From contig CAVNZM010000017.1 in assembly GCA_963693365.1 (NCBI GenBank), positions 5,322,708 to 5,386,707 of the forward strand: DNA of 64,000 nt, given 5' to 3'. Below the pieces are notes generated by a model. That model made no database searches. It saw only the letters and a list, made by a program, of their open reading frames with translations, and was not told the origin of the DNA. Below are positions 1 to 14,215 of the stretch, one piece after another (position 1 is the stretch's first letter; each line of letters starts with the position of its first letter). This DNA is from Amoebidium appalachense (Eukaryota; Protista; Ichthyosporea). The position numbers were made by a program, and so were the translations under genes.

Positions 1-113
1 ACACACACACACACATCCCCCTCCCCCCCCTCCACCCACAACACACACACACACACACACACACATGCACACACACACACACACACATCCCCCCCCCCCC
101 CCCCCCCCCCTCC

Positions 114-160
<47 letters not shown>

Positions 161-192
161 AGCAGCACACACACCTGCACCCACACATGCAG

Positions 193-472
193 TCGCTCAT
201 CCACTGTCTCAAGTCTGAACCCGACTCAACCCTCCGGCGTCAAATTGCATTAAACGGTGTTCAAATGTTTGGAGACCAAATATACAGTGTGCAATTCCTA
301 CACCCGGATTATTGCAAGGAATTACTAAATGAGGTCAAGTATGTGATACCCATTTTTCGTCTCTGATCCCTCTCTATCACTTATTGGTTTTGTGTTTGTT
401 TTATGGTGGTGATGGTGTTGTTTTTTTGTTGTTGTTGTTTGTGTTGTTGTTGTTGTTTTTTGTTGCTTTTGC

Positions 473-519
<47 letters not shown>

Positions 520-1112
520 TTTGTTGTTGTTGTTTGTTGCTTGTTTGATATGGTATTTGTTCATGCCCCGTCCAACCTTCATATTCATGTTTCGTTCAAT
601 TTGAAATTGTAAGTTTAATGTAAAAGCAAATATGCAGGTCCCGTTTCGTTTCAGTTATTTATTTATTTATTTGGTCATTTTTTTTGCTGGTTGCTCTTTA
701 ACAGTAGTTTCTTTCTATGCTTGTTTTTGTCATCATCTCAACCTTTTTGAGTGCTTCCACTGGCATCCTCAGTAATTATGAAGAGATGATTCGATAGATA
801 TGGTAGTTTGCTCAGCGGCTCGCAAACACACACACACACGAGCACACCCATCCAACAAAAAATACGTTCACTTACGTTTAGCACAAACAGACTTGCCCCC
901 CCCCCCCCCCCCTCCCCCCCTCCCCCCCCCCCCCCCCCCCCCCCCCTCTCCCCTCCCCCTCCCCCCTGCCCCGGGTGCGCAACCTGCATAATGTTTCCCG
1001 TCACGAACATGTGCTTCGTATTCTATGACGCTTTCAAATACCCACCCATCCCCTTTCCTCCCTCCACACACGCACACGCGCACGCACGCACGCACGCACG
1101 CATGCACGCACG

Positions 1113-1147
<35 letters not shown>

Positions 1148-1259
1148 CGCACGCACGCACGCACACACACACACACACACACAGCACACGCGAGCGCACA
1201 CACACGCACACACACACTCACTTACATACCCTCCCCTCCCTCCCACCCACCCACCCACA

Positions 1260-1320
<61 letters not shown>

Positions 1321-2402
1321 ACACACATCACCCACCCGCCACACACACACATACACACACACCTCTCCCCCCCCCCCACCCACCTCCCAAACACACGTAC
1401 ACACACCTCCCTCCCCCCCCCCCCCCCCCCCCTCTTCCCCCCTCCCCCCCCCCCCTCCCCCCACCAACACACACACACACAGACACTTTCTCCGTGCCGG
1501 TATGCCCCGTGCCCCAGCCAACACCATGAACCGTCAGTCTGTGCTTTTGGACGAACTTGGCCACCAGTCCTCTCTAGCAACACCAATAGCATCCCTCTTC
1601 CAGGTCTTTGCCTTAACCCCCTCCCCCTCCCCTTGCCCCTCCCTCCCTCCCTCCCTCTCTCTTTCTCTCTCTCTCCCCTCCCCTCCCCCCCCCCCCCCCC
1701 CCCCCCACCCCCTTTCCCCCCCCCTCCCCCCCCCCCCCCCCCCCTCCCCCTTTTCCGTGCCTGCCCTCACTAGTCCCTATGTCCCCCTGCCGACTAATCC
1801 TTCTATTGACTCAAGTTCCTTCACTCGACCTTTTTCTTTAAAAGGGAATGGTTGGGGGGAGGGGGACAGGGGGGAGGGGGTGGGGGGGGGGGGGTGGGGG
1901 GGGGAAGGGGGGGGAGGGGGGAGGGGAGGGGGAGGGGGGGGAGGGGAGGGGGGAGGGGGGAGGGGGCTGGCATCACGTAAAGAAATAACTTCCACAACCC
2001 CAAGCTCATGTCCTTTTATATCGTTGCCTCGAGTCAACAGCGTAAACCCCTTTTATACTTGCGTTTGTTTGCTTGTTTTTGTTTATTTTATTTTTTTATT
2101 TTTTTTATCTTTCCCCATCCCACCTCACTAAAAGGTTTCCTCCACAGGTATTGGCTGAAGCGCTCTTTGATCCCGACGATGGTGCGGGGAGTCTAGACAG
2201 CCACCGCACATTTTTTATTGCCTACGAGGTCGGGGCACAGGGGGGAGACACCGACCTGGGATTGCATTAGTACCCCTCCCCTCCCCATCCCCCCACCCCC
2301 TTCCCCCCGCTCCCCCCCCTACGTCCCTCCCCCTCTCGCCCTCCCCCCCTCCCGCCCCCCACCATATCCGCTGCCCCCCTCCTCCCCCCCCCCCCCCCCC
2401 CC

Positions 2403-2439
<37 letters not shown>

Positions 2440-3138
2440 ACCCACCCCCTCCCCGGGTGGGTTTCCCACAGACAAACACAAGAACTCTTTTCGCGAAAGG
2501 AGGTGGTATATTTCCTTCATCTTCGTTGCTTCGTCCCCCCCCCCCCGCCCCTTTTTTTCCTTCCCTTTCTTCTCTTTTTTGGCCCCCCTGAAAAAAAAAT
2601 TCACATCCGAGTACAGCTTGACATACAGTGATAGGATACAGCACATCCCCCCTCCCCCTCTCCGCCCCTCCCCCTTCTCCTCCCCCCTCCCCCCGTTTTC
2701 CCCCCTTCCCCCCCTTCCCCCCCCTCCCCTCCTCTCTCCCCCTTCCCCGCCCCCCCCCCTCCTCCCACCCCCATTTTTCCTTTATCAAGTGACTGTTTCA
2801 GACGTAGAGCGTGAACGAAAATGACGTGATCGCCCACGACCCAAACATGTTGGGCGAGGTGTTGGCTGTGTACTTTTTTCCCTCATGGTATCCCCCAGAG
2901 GAGGAGGGGGGAAAGGGGAGGGGAGGGGGGCGGGGAGAGGGGGGGGAAGGGGGGAGGGGGCAGGGAGGGGGGGGGGGGGGGGTGGGAGGGGGAGAGGGGG
3001 GGGGGGGTTGCTTTGTCTCTTTGGTGTGTCGCATAGAAACAAGAGTAAGGGGAAACGGAAAGGGGATAATGAAAAGTGGGTGGAGGGTCGAGATGGGGTC
3101 GTCTGAATAGTACTATGTCTTGAAACCCCCCCCCCCCC

Positions 3139-3203
<65 letters not shown>

Positions 3204-4154
3204 CACCACCACCACCACCACCTCCCACCCCCCTCCCCTCCCACCTTACCTCTCCCTCAAGTTGGGCTCTGCTGGTGCTCATGATGTTTATGCTTTGGGT
3301 GAGCTTGCAAAAATTTGCATTGTGTTGTCAGTTATAAAATGTGTGATACTTACTCTGTAACCCATTCTAACCCCCCCTTCCCCTCCCCACCACCACCACC
3401 ACCCAACCTCCCCCCTCCTCTCTCCCCCCCCTCCCTCTCCCCCCCCCCCCCCCCCCCTCTGCAGTGACAATGCAGAGCTAACACTAAACATCTGCCTTGG
3501 AGAGGAAGGTGGGTCCTCCCCCTACCCAATCCCCCCCCCCCCCCCCCCCCCCTTCCCCCGCCCCTCTCCCCGGCCCCGCCTCTTCCTGCTTTTCCTCGAC
3601 CCCCTTTTACATCCTCCCCCTCCCTCCCCCCATCCTCCCCCCTCCCCCCGGTACTTTGCTACCCCTCTCGCCAGCCAGTTTTGTAAATCCTCTTTCCTTC
3701 TTTGCTCTCATTCGCTAAATGCACTGCCAAGTTTCATTCAATGTGTTTATTCACTCCACCTACTTAATGTGTTCTTAAAGTGTTAGCACACTTCACACTC
3801 AACCTTTTTACAGTGTTCTTTAAGTGTTCGTTCACTCCACCTAACTTTAGTGTTCTTTAATTGTTCTTCCACCCCTTCAATTCGATGATCAAATAGTGAA
3901 GTTAGTCACTAGGAGTCCACCTACTCAGAGTGTAAAGTTGTTCACTCCACCTACTCAAATGTGTATATTCACTTCATTAATTAGTTAGTCCGATCATCAT
4001 CTAATGAAGCCATAATAACTCACCCCATCCACCTGATACATCTTGCATCAGGCTATGAGGGTGGGGAGCTTTTCTTTTCCGGCACCAAACACGACACCGA
4101 CCAGACTGCCTTCTGCCCCGTAGACCTTTACAACCACCAAGTATGTATACATGC

Positions 4155-4186
<32 letters not shown>

Positions 4187-4874
4187 TTTTCTTTTTTTTT
4201 TTTTTTTTTTTTTTTCCCCCCCTCGGCTTTTGCATTTTATGAAATTTTCATCTTTGTGATTTTTCAAAGTCTTTACTTCCTTGGTTTCCAACCTTTCGTG
4301 CACTCACGCACGCACACCATGATCATGAGAGAAACGGAAGGTGCAATAATCCAAGGGGAACTTAGCATAGAACGTCTGATACTTTGACGAGGAGAAGGAG
4401 GGGTTGATTGGGGAGACGGAGAGAGGTGGGGTGGTGGTGGTGGTGGTGGTGGCGGTGTGTGTGTGTGTGTGTGTGGTGGTGGTGGTGGTGGTGGGGGGGG
4501 GGGGGATCTGGTGTTGTTGGTGTTTTTGCACCTGATGCTGAGAGAGACTAGGAGGAAAAGGGGGGGGGGGGGGGGGGGGGGGGGGGGGAAAGAAAGGGGG
4601 GGGGGGGGGGGGGGGGGTGATAGAAAGTTGCAATTGAAGTAATTGCATCATTTGTTGTTTTTTTTCTCGCCTGCAGGTTGGCAGGGCGCTGATGCACCGA
4701 GGCAGCCACACCCACGGGGCTCTCCCAGTGACCAAGGGCACACGCATAAATCTCATCATGTGGGGAAGAAGCTCGAAATGTCGAGACAAGAAGTGCGGAA
4801 GATGCGGGGAGGCACCGCGATTGGTGGAGATGGAGGGCTTTGGCGATGGATTTTCGAATTTTCCCGGGCATTGA
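193..4874 (+). CDS. OGFOD2: 2-oxoglutarate/Fe(II)-dependent oxygenase domain-containing protein 2 (OGFOD2-like); 6 exons visible, probably 5'-partial
   Basis: Manually spliced GT-AG exons 193-338, 1483-1603, 2148-2269, 3465-3508, 4052-4140, 4677-4874 sum to 720 nt with compatible phases. Translation includes IYSVQFLHPDYCKELLNEVKHF, PANTMNRQSVLLDELG, SLDSHRTFFIAYE, LGLHYDNAELTLNICLG (HxD), GGELFF, MHRGSHTHGALP (distal His), TRINLIMW and a C-terminal CxxC..EGFGDGF matching OGFOD2 as I recall it. An in-frame ATG at 187 could be the start. Confidence 0.9.
421..540. repeat. (TTG)n microsatellite in the first visible OGFOD2 intron
   Basis: Directly visible TTG tandem array. Confidence 0.9.
3741..3975. 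repeat. Degenerate tandem repeat with TTCACTCCACCTA core in an OGFOD2 intron
   Basis: Core recurs at about 3750, 3831, 3915 and 3941, with similar GTGTTCTT spacers. Confidence 0.6.
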
Positions 4875-5479
4875 TTTGGAATTTCGGTAATCTGGGACAC
4901 AGATCAAACCGATCAGGTGTGGAATGTCTGGAGAGGCACTGCAGTTGGTGGCGATGGATTGAGGCTTTGAAGGTGTAATTTCGAAGTTCTCCTGATAATT
5001 AGATCGAGAATTCGTAATTTTGGATCATTTCAAGTTCAAGTCACAGCCCTAATTGATGCCGTGACGTCAATACGAACTCAATCTTGCATCTTATTGGCGA
5101 CAGGTACAATGATTGTTTTTGCCTATGCACGTGTGTGTGATCCATGCAATGTGCGTGTCAGGAAAATGCACAATTTTCGAATATCTCCGGGATTTGATTT
5201 GTGATTACGGAAACTTAGGGATACATTTTGGGTTGATTTGGTTGTACCAAGCGCGGATTGTTTTTGAGGAGTGTGAATATTAAGGTTGTATGAATGTCAT
5301 AGAGCAAAACTGAGCCCGGTTTTATATGGTGCATTTGCATACAAGATTGTGTTTTGTGTTTTTGTTTTATATATATAGGTATATATATATTATATTTAAT
5401 TGCCCAAAACTGCAACATGATAACTTTCGCCTCTACCGTCGGAAGCACCAACAGGCCTAGGGGGAAAAGAATCAAAGGA

Positions 5480-5636
<157 letters not shown>

Positions 5637-6093
5637 TAGCTGGGGCAAGCAAGCAACAACAATAACAAAGCACGGCACGGATGTGTAGTTCCGCACAAAC
5701 CTGCATACTCAAGCCTGCATACAAACACAAAATTACACCCATGTGGGTCACATCACACACACTGAAATATCATAGCACACGCGGTTGTAAGCTGCAAGTT
5801 ACATTGCACACACGACGTTGCACACACGTTGCACACACGACACAAGTTACGGCGCAATACGCCCACATGCATGTACACTGCGTCGCACACTGGGTGCCAG
5901 TTTTACTAGTACTACCGCACGGGACGTGACGTCTCCGCCCACGCATGCACTTCTTATGATCACATATGCAATTAGGCGTGCACCCCTGCACACATACACA
6001 CATATCACAAACGCACACGTTTAAATAATAATAGATCTCTTGCTTCATCATGTCTCCACCCTTCCTTCAAGACTTCCCGTCAGTTCAGACTCC

Positions 6094-6462
<369 letters not shown>

Positions 6463-6861
6463 GATGTGCACACGGTCACACCAGGGCCTATCATACCTTC
6501 GACCATATGTACCTTCAGCTGCCGCATTCACATGCACATGCAGAGAGTCATCGGCCAGTCACCGCGTCGCGTTCCAGAAAACCCAAAATCCACGGAGAAG
6601 AAACGATTGGATTACTAAATAAGATGCGGGTGTTTGATTGGCCGCATGATTTGGGAGTCCAATCACCGTGATCGCTCTGGAATGTGGCGGTTTTATCGCG
6701 GGTGATCACTTCACTGGGTGGCCACGGTTCACAGGATGATGCTGTGATAACTATACATAGTCAAAACCGATCTGCTGGTTTTATATTGATGGATGGTTGC
6801 AAATTATAACCGTTGAGTACCTTTGTCGGTCCTTAAGCGGATTTTTCCGCATATACACTAA

Positions 6862-7164
6862 CTACCTCACATGCATACCGACGATGATACCGATCGTGTT
6901 TGAACATGCTGTCAGGGGATGTATGATATGGGGCCAATAGCTACTAATGTTATGCTTTATCAAGCTCCAAAGTAGTTTAGGGAGAACATCATCAACTTCT
7001 GCAGTTGGCCGGTTTCTTCTCGTCGAAGTCTTCTCGACTTCGTGACAAACAAAAAAGGATCCCAGTTGGCGACTCGCTTTGTCAAAGAGTTTATAATTGA
7101 TGCAAAGATGACCATGGTACATTGTTAGCATGAATCGAGTAATGTCTGGATGCAGTAGCACCAA
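6862..7164 (-). pseudogene. Possible decayed, internally deleted retroviral-type (rve) integrase relic
   Basis: ORF reads LLHPDITRFMLTMYHGHLCINYKLFDKASRQ, resembling an integrase Zn-finger H..GHLG.N segment, and LPKLLWSLIKHNISSYWPHIIHPLTACSNT, resembling the post-DDE W...L....AYN segment. No DDE core is visible. Judged by eye only. Confidence 0.25.
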
Positions 7165-9309
7165 GCCTTTAATCTACATGCATAAAAAGCCGACATGTAA
7201 TCATTATCCCCTTAAAAAAAAAAAAGTATGTACATGCATGTACGGCACGCACCACTTTTGCCATCGCATGATCGCGTTTGGAAATACTTGTAATCCAGAA
7301 AGCAAAAAGCGTATATTTAAATTATTACGCTCTGTATTGATATAAGTTGTTTGGTTGATTTTAGGGATACATAAACGAAGTTATCCTGTTAAATGAGACG
7401 AGTTACATCATGCGTACACAAAACCATGTACATGTGCTCACCAGCAACTCTGGGGAGAACGATGTTTTCGATTGGACACTAGAGCATCACTCCAGCCGAG
7501 TGCTTACAAAGTCAGAATATAAGCCATAGAATGTGTGAAGGCCGCAGGCTTTGTGAAAAACATAATTAATGCTGTTTTCCTTTGAAATACTGCGTGCTGC
7601 TGTGAATGTGATGGCCTTTTCTGCCGGAAATGGATAGGATTCTCGAATCTCGGATCACTGTTTTGCCCTCCTTCGAGAACGCACACGGAAATCCAATCAA
7701 AACGCGCAACCTAAATGCCTTTTAGTTGGCTTATTGGCGCGTGCATTCTTGGAAAAATCGATAATGCGTTTCGGTAAATTATCCAAATACCTTATGTAAA
7801 CATATATATCTCACATTTCAGGATATATCATTCAATCATTGAAGCGGCCAATGTTACCTACATTATGGCTCGTGCAGTGCAGAGTGGCAGTCATCATGAA
7901 TCTAACACATTAGCTGTGTTTTTGCTTATAAAAATTAACGTAAATTTATTTTCTATTTAACCTATACTTGCTTTGGGAATTATCTCGCTTACACATTGGC
8001 AAAACCGCAGGCCGCGATTCTTGTGTGGTCTTATATTAATTCTTATTTCCGAGACATGGCGTGTAAATTACAAATTTGGTGGATAGCTATATCGAAGACA
8101 CACGCGTCAGGATGACAAGCCGCTTGCACTGACTTGTGTGGGTCGAGTTTTCTGACTCTTCATGAACTGAGCGAAGGAATAAGGGGGGTGGGGATTTAGT
8201 TGATGGAAAAGGAAAGATTTTGTAATAGACAGGGGGCGTGGGTTTGAATGAGGTGATTCTCTCTCTCTTTGGCCCATTGCGGGCTTGCATGGTTGGTTTG
8301 GTGATACCCATGGGCAACATCATCATACGGTACCAGGAAAACACAAACATCTCGTGCTTAGAAAGATACGACCAATTGATGTCTTCATGGGTTTCAATTA
8401 TTCAAAGAAGTAGTTGCGTGTGAGCTTACAGAAGGGAAAGCGCATCTCTGACTATTCCGTTGCCAAATGGTCGTTATATGAGCAAGGTCGTAAATTGTTG
8501 AACATGCACGGGTACTAAGCACTCTAGCACACAACTCATCCGATGATCAAGCTGCCATCCACATCGACAGAAAGAAGCTATTGAGCTTTCAACCTACGCG
8601 CGTCAAGCACTGCCATGCAATGCTTATTATAACCGGCACACAGCCAGCCAATTCCGTCATTCCATTTACACCACATTGTTTTCTCAAGCACACTGGAGTG
8701 AGAGATATCAGCCCAAAAAGAACACCTGTTTTCCTGTTACGCAACTGCAGCCACATTCACTGGATCCAGGGTTGTTGAAATCACCGGAAAATGAGAATAC
8801 CAAAAGGCCCTTATGGAACAGCGTGTGTCCCACTTCCAACACGGCACCTTGGGGCCGTGCCTTTGGGCGGACTCAAGCAAAACGAATCATCTGCGTTGCT
8901 TTCGCTCTCACCGACACCGTCACTTCTCCTTCCTGTGTCATCTTTCTCACTCTCTGAAAAGGTATAATTTAGCTTTATTCATGTTTGGTTCCTAGTGATC
9001 TTTTTAACTGCTTAGGCAGGCATCGGTTTGACGAGCGGATTGGGGCGTGATTGCGCGGAAAGGTAGGGTTGGGAATGGGCGAGTTGATACCAAGAGGGAG
9101 AAGTGGGCCTTAAACATTTTTCTAGAGTTGGGCTCGGACTAGGGGAGGTACGCGCTAGCAGGATTTACACGGATGTTTGTATGGTTTTTCCATATGAAGT
9201 TAAAGAGATCATTCCCCAGGACATTCGTTGCGAAAGAGCAAAGCCGAAGTATTGGCAGGCTTTTTGCTGTGTGTGTGTGTTTTTATTGTCTTCACTTTAC
9301 ACATTATCC

Positions 9310-9735
9310 GATGCAACACTGTACTTGGATACTCTACTTCCCCAACCGAGCCATGCAGATAGGTCCGGGAGGTCTCCTTCATTGTCGGTGAACTAAGCCA
9401 GGATTCCCCCCCCCCATCTTTTTTCCCCGGATTAAACACCATTGATGCCCCTTTGCACGATCCAACCTGTTCCGCTCTCCCTTATGTTACCTCCCCACCC
9501 CATGATAAGCCCGGGTGAGCCCGTATACGTAGTGATCTAAGTCTCTCTCTCCCTTTTTTTTTTTTTTTTTTTTTTTCTCCCCTGTCTATCATTACGCATC
9601 ACTCACCCCTGTCTATCATTACGCATCACTCTTTGTTACACTGCTCACTGCACCTGGATACTCTTTACTAACTACATTACCCTACCCCGTGCAGATAAGT
9701 CCAGGGGAGCTCCTAGGAGATCTTAGCCAGTACAA
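9310..9735 (+). repeat. Diverged triplication of the kinase acceptor and exon start
   Basis: CAGATAGGTCCGGGAGGTCTCC (9356), ATGATAAGCCCGGGTGAGCCC (9502) and the real CAGATAAGTCCAGGGGAGCTCC (9692). The first copy and the real site share upstream TGGATACTCT. There is also a near-perfect 27-bp tandem duplication at about 9579-9631. Confidence 0.7.
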
Positions 9736-9923
9736 TGTTGTGTCGTGTGGGTGGGACCGACCCTCCTCTACCGTGCAGTGTGCAACACACAGACCAACGG
9801 GGAGGAAGGTCGTGTTGAAAACGTGCCAGAGAACAGAGGCACAAATACAGGTATGAGTGTGTACCCTCTGCACACACTCACACTAACACATGCACACATG
9901 CATGCACAAAGCCTGAACACGTG

Positions 9924-9981
<58 letters not shown>

Positions 9982-10093
9982 GCATGCACGCATGCACGCA
10001 TGCAAAGCTTGAACACGTGCATGCGTATACTCAGACACACATACAGGCGCGCGCGTACACATACACACACACACGAACACGCACACCGTTGAC

Positions 10094-10127
<34 letters not shown>

Positions 10128-10274
10128 AGCAGCAGGCATATTGTGAACTCTTGCCTCTGTTTCACATCCCGACCCTCCTCTCACTGTCACATTCATTCAT
10201 GCACGGTCTGCCCCGTCCTTCATACACAGACCTTGCTATTAGTGTGCCTGCACTGTGCGTGCATATGGAAATGT

Positions 10275-10308
<34 letters not shown>

Positions 10309-11015
10309 CCTCCCTCCTCTTGGCACTAATGGCATCACTTTTCTTTCCAGGGATTTGTTCGTTTCATGCCCCTTTGTTTGTTTTCTTTTGTTTTCTTCCT
10401 TCTTTTTTCTAACTCTCATCCCCCCTCCCCCCAACCCCCCCCACCCCCCCCCCCCCAAAAAAAAAAAAAAAATAATAATAAAAAAAAAAAATTACAGCTT
10501 CGTCTCCAGCAACACAAAAGCATAGCCAAGGTCTTGGCCGTCATCGAGCTGCCGCAAACTTCGGAGGGGGTGGTCCTTCTGCAGGAATTCTACCCTGGGG
10601 GGGAACTAATGAACGAAATTTCGGAGGGGGGATGGACGAATTCGAGTCTCTAAGGCTTTTCAGGCAGCTTGTGTCTGCCGTGTGTTATATGCACGGAGAG
10701 GGGGTCGTACACCGGGATCTTAAGCTGGAGAACGTGGTCTTAGACGAGGGCAAAAATCTGCGGGTGATTGATTTCGGAACGGCGAAGGTTCTGCGCGACC
10801 CCGAGAGGCTGGGTGATGGTGAGTTTAACATTTCAAACCCTGTCCCACTCTATCCATCAATAGAAAACTAGGTGGTTAAGAAAGGAAGAAAAAGATTAAC
10901 ATGGAAAATGAAGCAATGATGGGGGAAAAAAACGAAGATAGATATTTGATATCGATATAATGAATATATGATCAACGATTGCAAGAGGCCGGGAGGAGAG
11001 GGGGGAGGAAGGGGG

Positions 11016-11074
<59 letters not shown>

Positions 11075-11470
11075 GGGGGGGGGGGGGGGGGGGAGGGGGA
11101 GGAAATTACGTGGCGAAAGAACATCAGCCTCGATTCAAAAGCTCTGATTGCTGAAATAAATCACATGTTGGGTATACCGGAACATATGAAAAGTTGAAGA
11201 AAAAAGGGAAGAAGAAGGAACTCTAAAATGAGACGGTATGATGATATTAGTGGTTGTCCTCCTTGCCTATCATCAACAGTGTTCGCTATCTTGCTGTATG
11301 TCCCTCCAACATCTATCTTACCTAACACTTGTCTGATTTCTCCCTCTCCCACCCCCTCCCCCCACCCCTCCCCATCAATACAATACAACACACACACACA
11401 CTCACTCACTCACTCACTCACTCACTCACTCGCGCACAGGCACACGCACACACACATACACACACACGTA

Positions 11471-11555
<85 letters not shown>

Positions 11556-12280
11556 ACACACACACGTACACACACACGTACACACAGGCATATCCGTGGG
11601 CACCATCTCCTACATGGCCCCTGAGCTCCTCGCACCCATCCCCCCCCGCATCGACTTTGCTGCCTGTGACGTATGGTCGTGCGGCATTATTTTATTCTGC
11701 ATGCTGATTGGTCAATTTCCCTGGTATGCCCCCCCCCCCCCCCCCCCCCCCTCCCTCCCCCACCCCCCCCTGGCAAAAAAAAAAAAAAAAAAAAAAAAAA
11801 AGAAAGAAAGAAAGAAAAAAACCAAAATAACCTCCTCCCTCTCTTCCAGCTATTATAGAACACGCACAATCCGCCCGGGAAACAAGGAAGGCGCATGTGT
11901 TTTCTACAAACACATGTCATGCTTTTAATGGGGAAGGAAGGAAAAGGGGTAGGGGAAAGGGGGTTAGCGAATGGAGCAAGGGAGTAGTTACGTAAAGTGT
12001 TTTGTTGAGGGGGGGGGGGGGGGGGGGGCAGGTATAGAAAATAGTTGAGAAACATGACACCGGGACTCATTTCCCCCCCTTGCAGGGCACATGCCACAGA
12101 GATGGACCATCGGTTTCGGGCCTACAGTCGAGCCGGGCCGACCCGAAACCTGCCCCGAGGGTGGGAAGGTCTGAGCCCTCGCATGCGGCACCTGCTGGGG
12201 AATATGTTGGCGGTAGACCCAGAGGCAAGATGGACTATGGACAGGTAGGCGCATGCACACATGCACATGCACGCACACGT

Positions 12281-12318
<38 letters not shown>

Positions 12319-12684
12319 ACACACACACAAGAGAGAGAGAGAAAGAGAGAGAGAAGGGGTTGGAGGGGAGGGAGAGGCACACACAGACACAATGTTTACA
12401 CTCACGCACACAAGCACATATGTAGACTTCCTACTGTGCACACTCATGCACACACGGACACACACGCACACACACACGTGCATCCACGGAGGTCCACCTT
12501 TCCCTTTCCGCAGTTACGAACAATAAAACAATGAAGAAAAGAAGAGGACCTCACCACCACCTATTCCAACAACCAAACATTCATGAGTTCGTGCTAACTC
12601 CTTACTCACTCACGATGATATTGATCCCCAACACACGCACACGCACACGCACATACCCACGCACACGCGCACGCACACACACAC

Positions 12685-12739
<55 letters not shown>

Positions 12740-12958
12740 GTACGATCATACCTCGGCACGGACCGATCAGAACAACAAGACGACTCAGCGGGTGTGCAGT
12801 CGGCGGCGGCGGCGGCCCAAATTCCCCAAATTTCCCAAATTTCAGCCGGGCAGAGAATTTTCAATCGGCAGATGAGTGGGTGCCACCAAGACAAAGATCA
12901 GGAGGGTGGACTCCCAAGTGTCCAATCGTGGAAACAGCATGAATCGGTAGCCGCATAG
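9695..12958 (+). CDS. Ser/Thr protein kinase, CAMK-like group; 5 exons, start exon unresolved, one homopolymer frameshift
   Basis: GT-AG exons 9695-9850, 10498-10818, 11588-11723, 12086-12244, 12739-12958. Motifs: VVLK, TEAQIQLRL (alphaC Glu), [50 protein letters not shown]. One G is missing in the G6 run at 10626-10631. Confidence 0.85.
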
Positions 12959-13226
12959 AGCAAACGCCTAAAAATTTCACCGTAAATCGGTCAATCGATA
13001 ACGATGGCATTGGCAAAAATTTTAAATTGATTCCGGTAAAATCGACAAAACGTTTGAAACGCGAGAGGTATATATGACGAGTGGATGTGCAGGGACGTTT
13101 TGTCATGCGCCCCTACGCATTAATACCTGTTGTAATTATTAACACCATATTTCGGCCACCGTGAAACGTACTGGCTGTGTTGCTGGTGGTTTCGCTGCCC
13201 CATGAACACCGGGTGATTGCGGAGAT

Positions 13227-13261
<35 letters not shown>

Positions 13262-13760
13262 TTCCTCCCCTGCAATCATCGAGTCCGTTTTTTTCTTTTC
13301 TTTTATTTTTTGGCCTCTCCCTCCCCCTGCGATCGTCGAGTCCGTGAAAGCATCATTTAGCTGTGTCGATCGGGCGGCAGAAATGGCGCAGAGGCCAAGC
13401 AGCGAGATTTTCGTCTACAAGTCTAGGTTTTGATGCAACACGCTTAGTTGGCACTGTAGTGTGTACCACTTCCTTGTTTTTTGCTTTGAATATTTTGATA
13501 TTCTAGAATGACGATAGAACCGTGGTTTCGCGTTTGAACACGACGGGTTGATGATGCAGTAATATGTTTGTACATATCGTGATGATTCATATTAGAATTA
13601 CCGAGAATCGAATGGCCTATAATATTGTATTTGAAATCTTCCGGCCTGATTTTTTTGTAGCCGCGGCCGTGGAAGTTTTTTATTATCTTCTTTTTTTGCT
13701 TAGTCTTCTTTTTCTTAAAAAAAAAAACCCTTTAATATCTGAGTATTTCCTGGTCTTTTC

Positions 13761-13843
<83 letters not shown>

Positions 13844-13882
13844 CAACACGTGCACAACACCGGCACCCCACCCCCTAAACGA

Positions 13883-14006
13883 GGCTAAGGGGTCGAAACT
13901 CAGGATGCAATTGATAACTTGCAATGGGCCGCTCTGAGGATGGGCTCTGCTTATATTGTGTACTGTCTCATGATCGTCATTGCACTTCGTACCGTGTTCC
14001 GCATTC
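13883..14006 (+). mobile_element. Short dispersed repeat family A, copy 1 (internally deleted)
   Basis: GGCTAAGGGGTCGAAACTCA...CTGAGGATGGGCTCTGCTTAT...CTTCGTACCGTGTTCCGCATTC followed by poly-C; matches the reverse complement of 22717-22895. Confidence 0.75.
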
Positions 14007-14176
14007 CGAGTGACCCCCCCCCCCCCCCCCCCCCCCCCCCCCTTCGGATTCACAAAAAAAACACACACGCACAGTATCACCCAACCTTCCCCACCTCTGA
14101 AACCACCATGGAAGCCCCTCTCTGTGTTGTGTGTGCACTGAGACGACGGCTACTGTAACACCAGTTACCACCCTCC

Positions 14177-14215
<39 letters not shown>

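Noticed and set aside
2262-2275. Apparent in-frame TAG inside the OGFOD2 HxD motif (readthrough or recoding)
   Set aside because: A phase-2 intron (TA|gtaccc...cag|T) rebuilds TAT, giving HYD.
5880-5912. Helitron 3' end (small hairpin then CTAGT)
   Set aside because: The stem is only about 5 bp, with no second copy or 5' end in the window.
10990-11100. G-quadruplex or i-motif function of long G/C runs
   Set aside because: Such runs are ubiquitous here and their lengths are unreliable in an assembly with homopolymer indels; no locus-specific signal.
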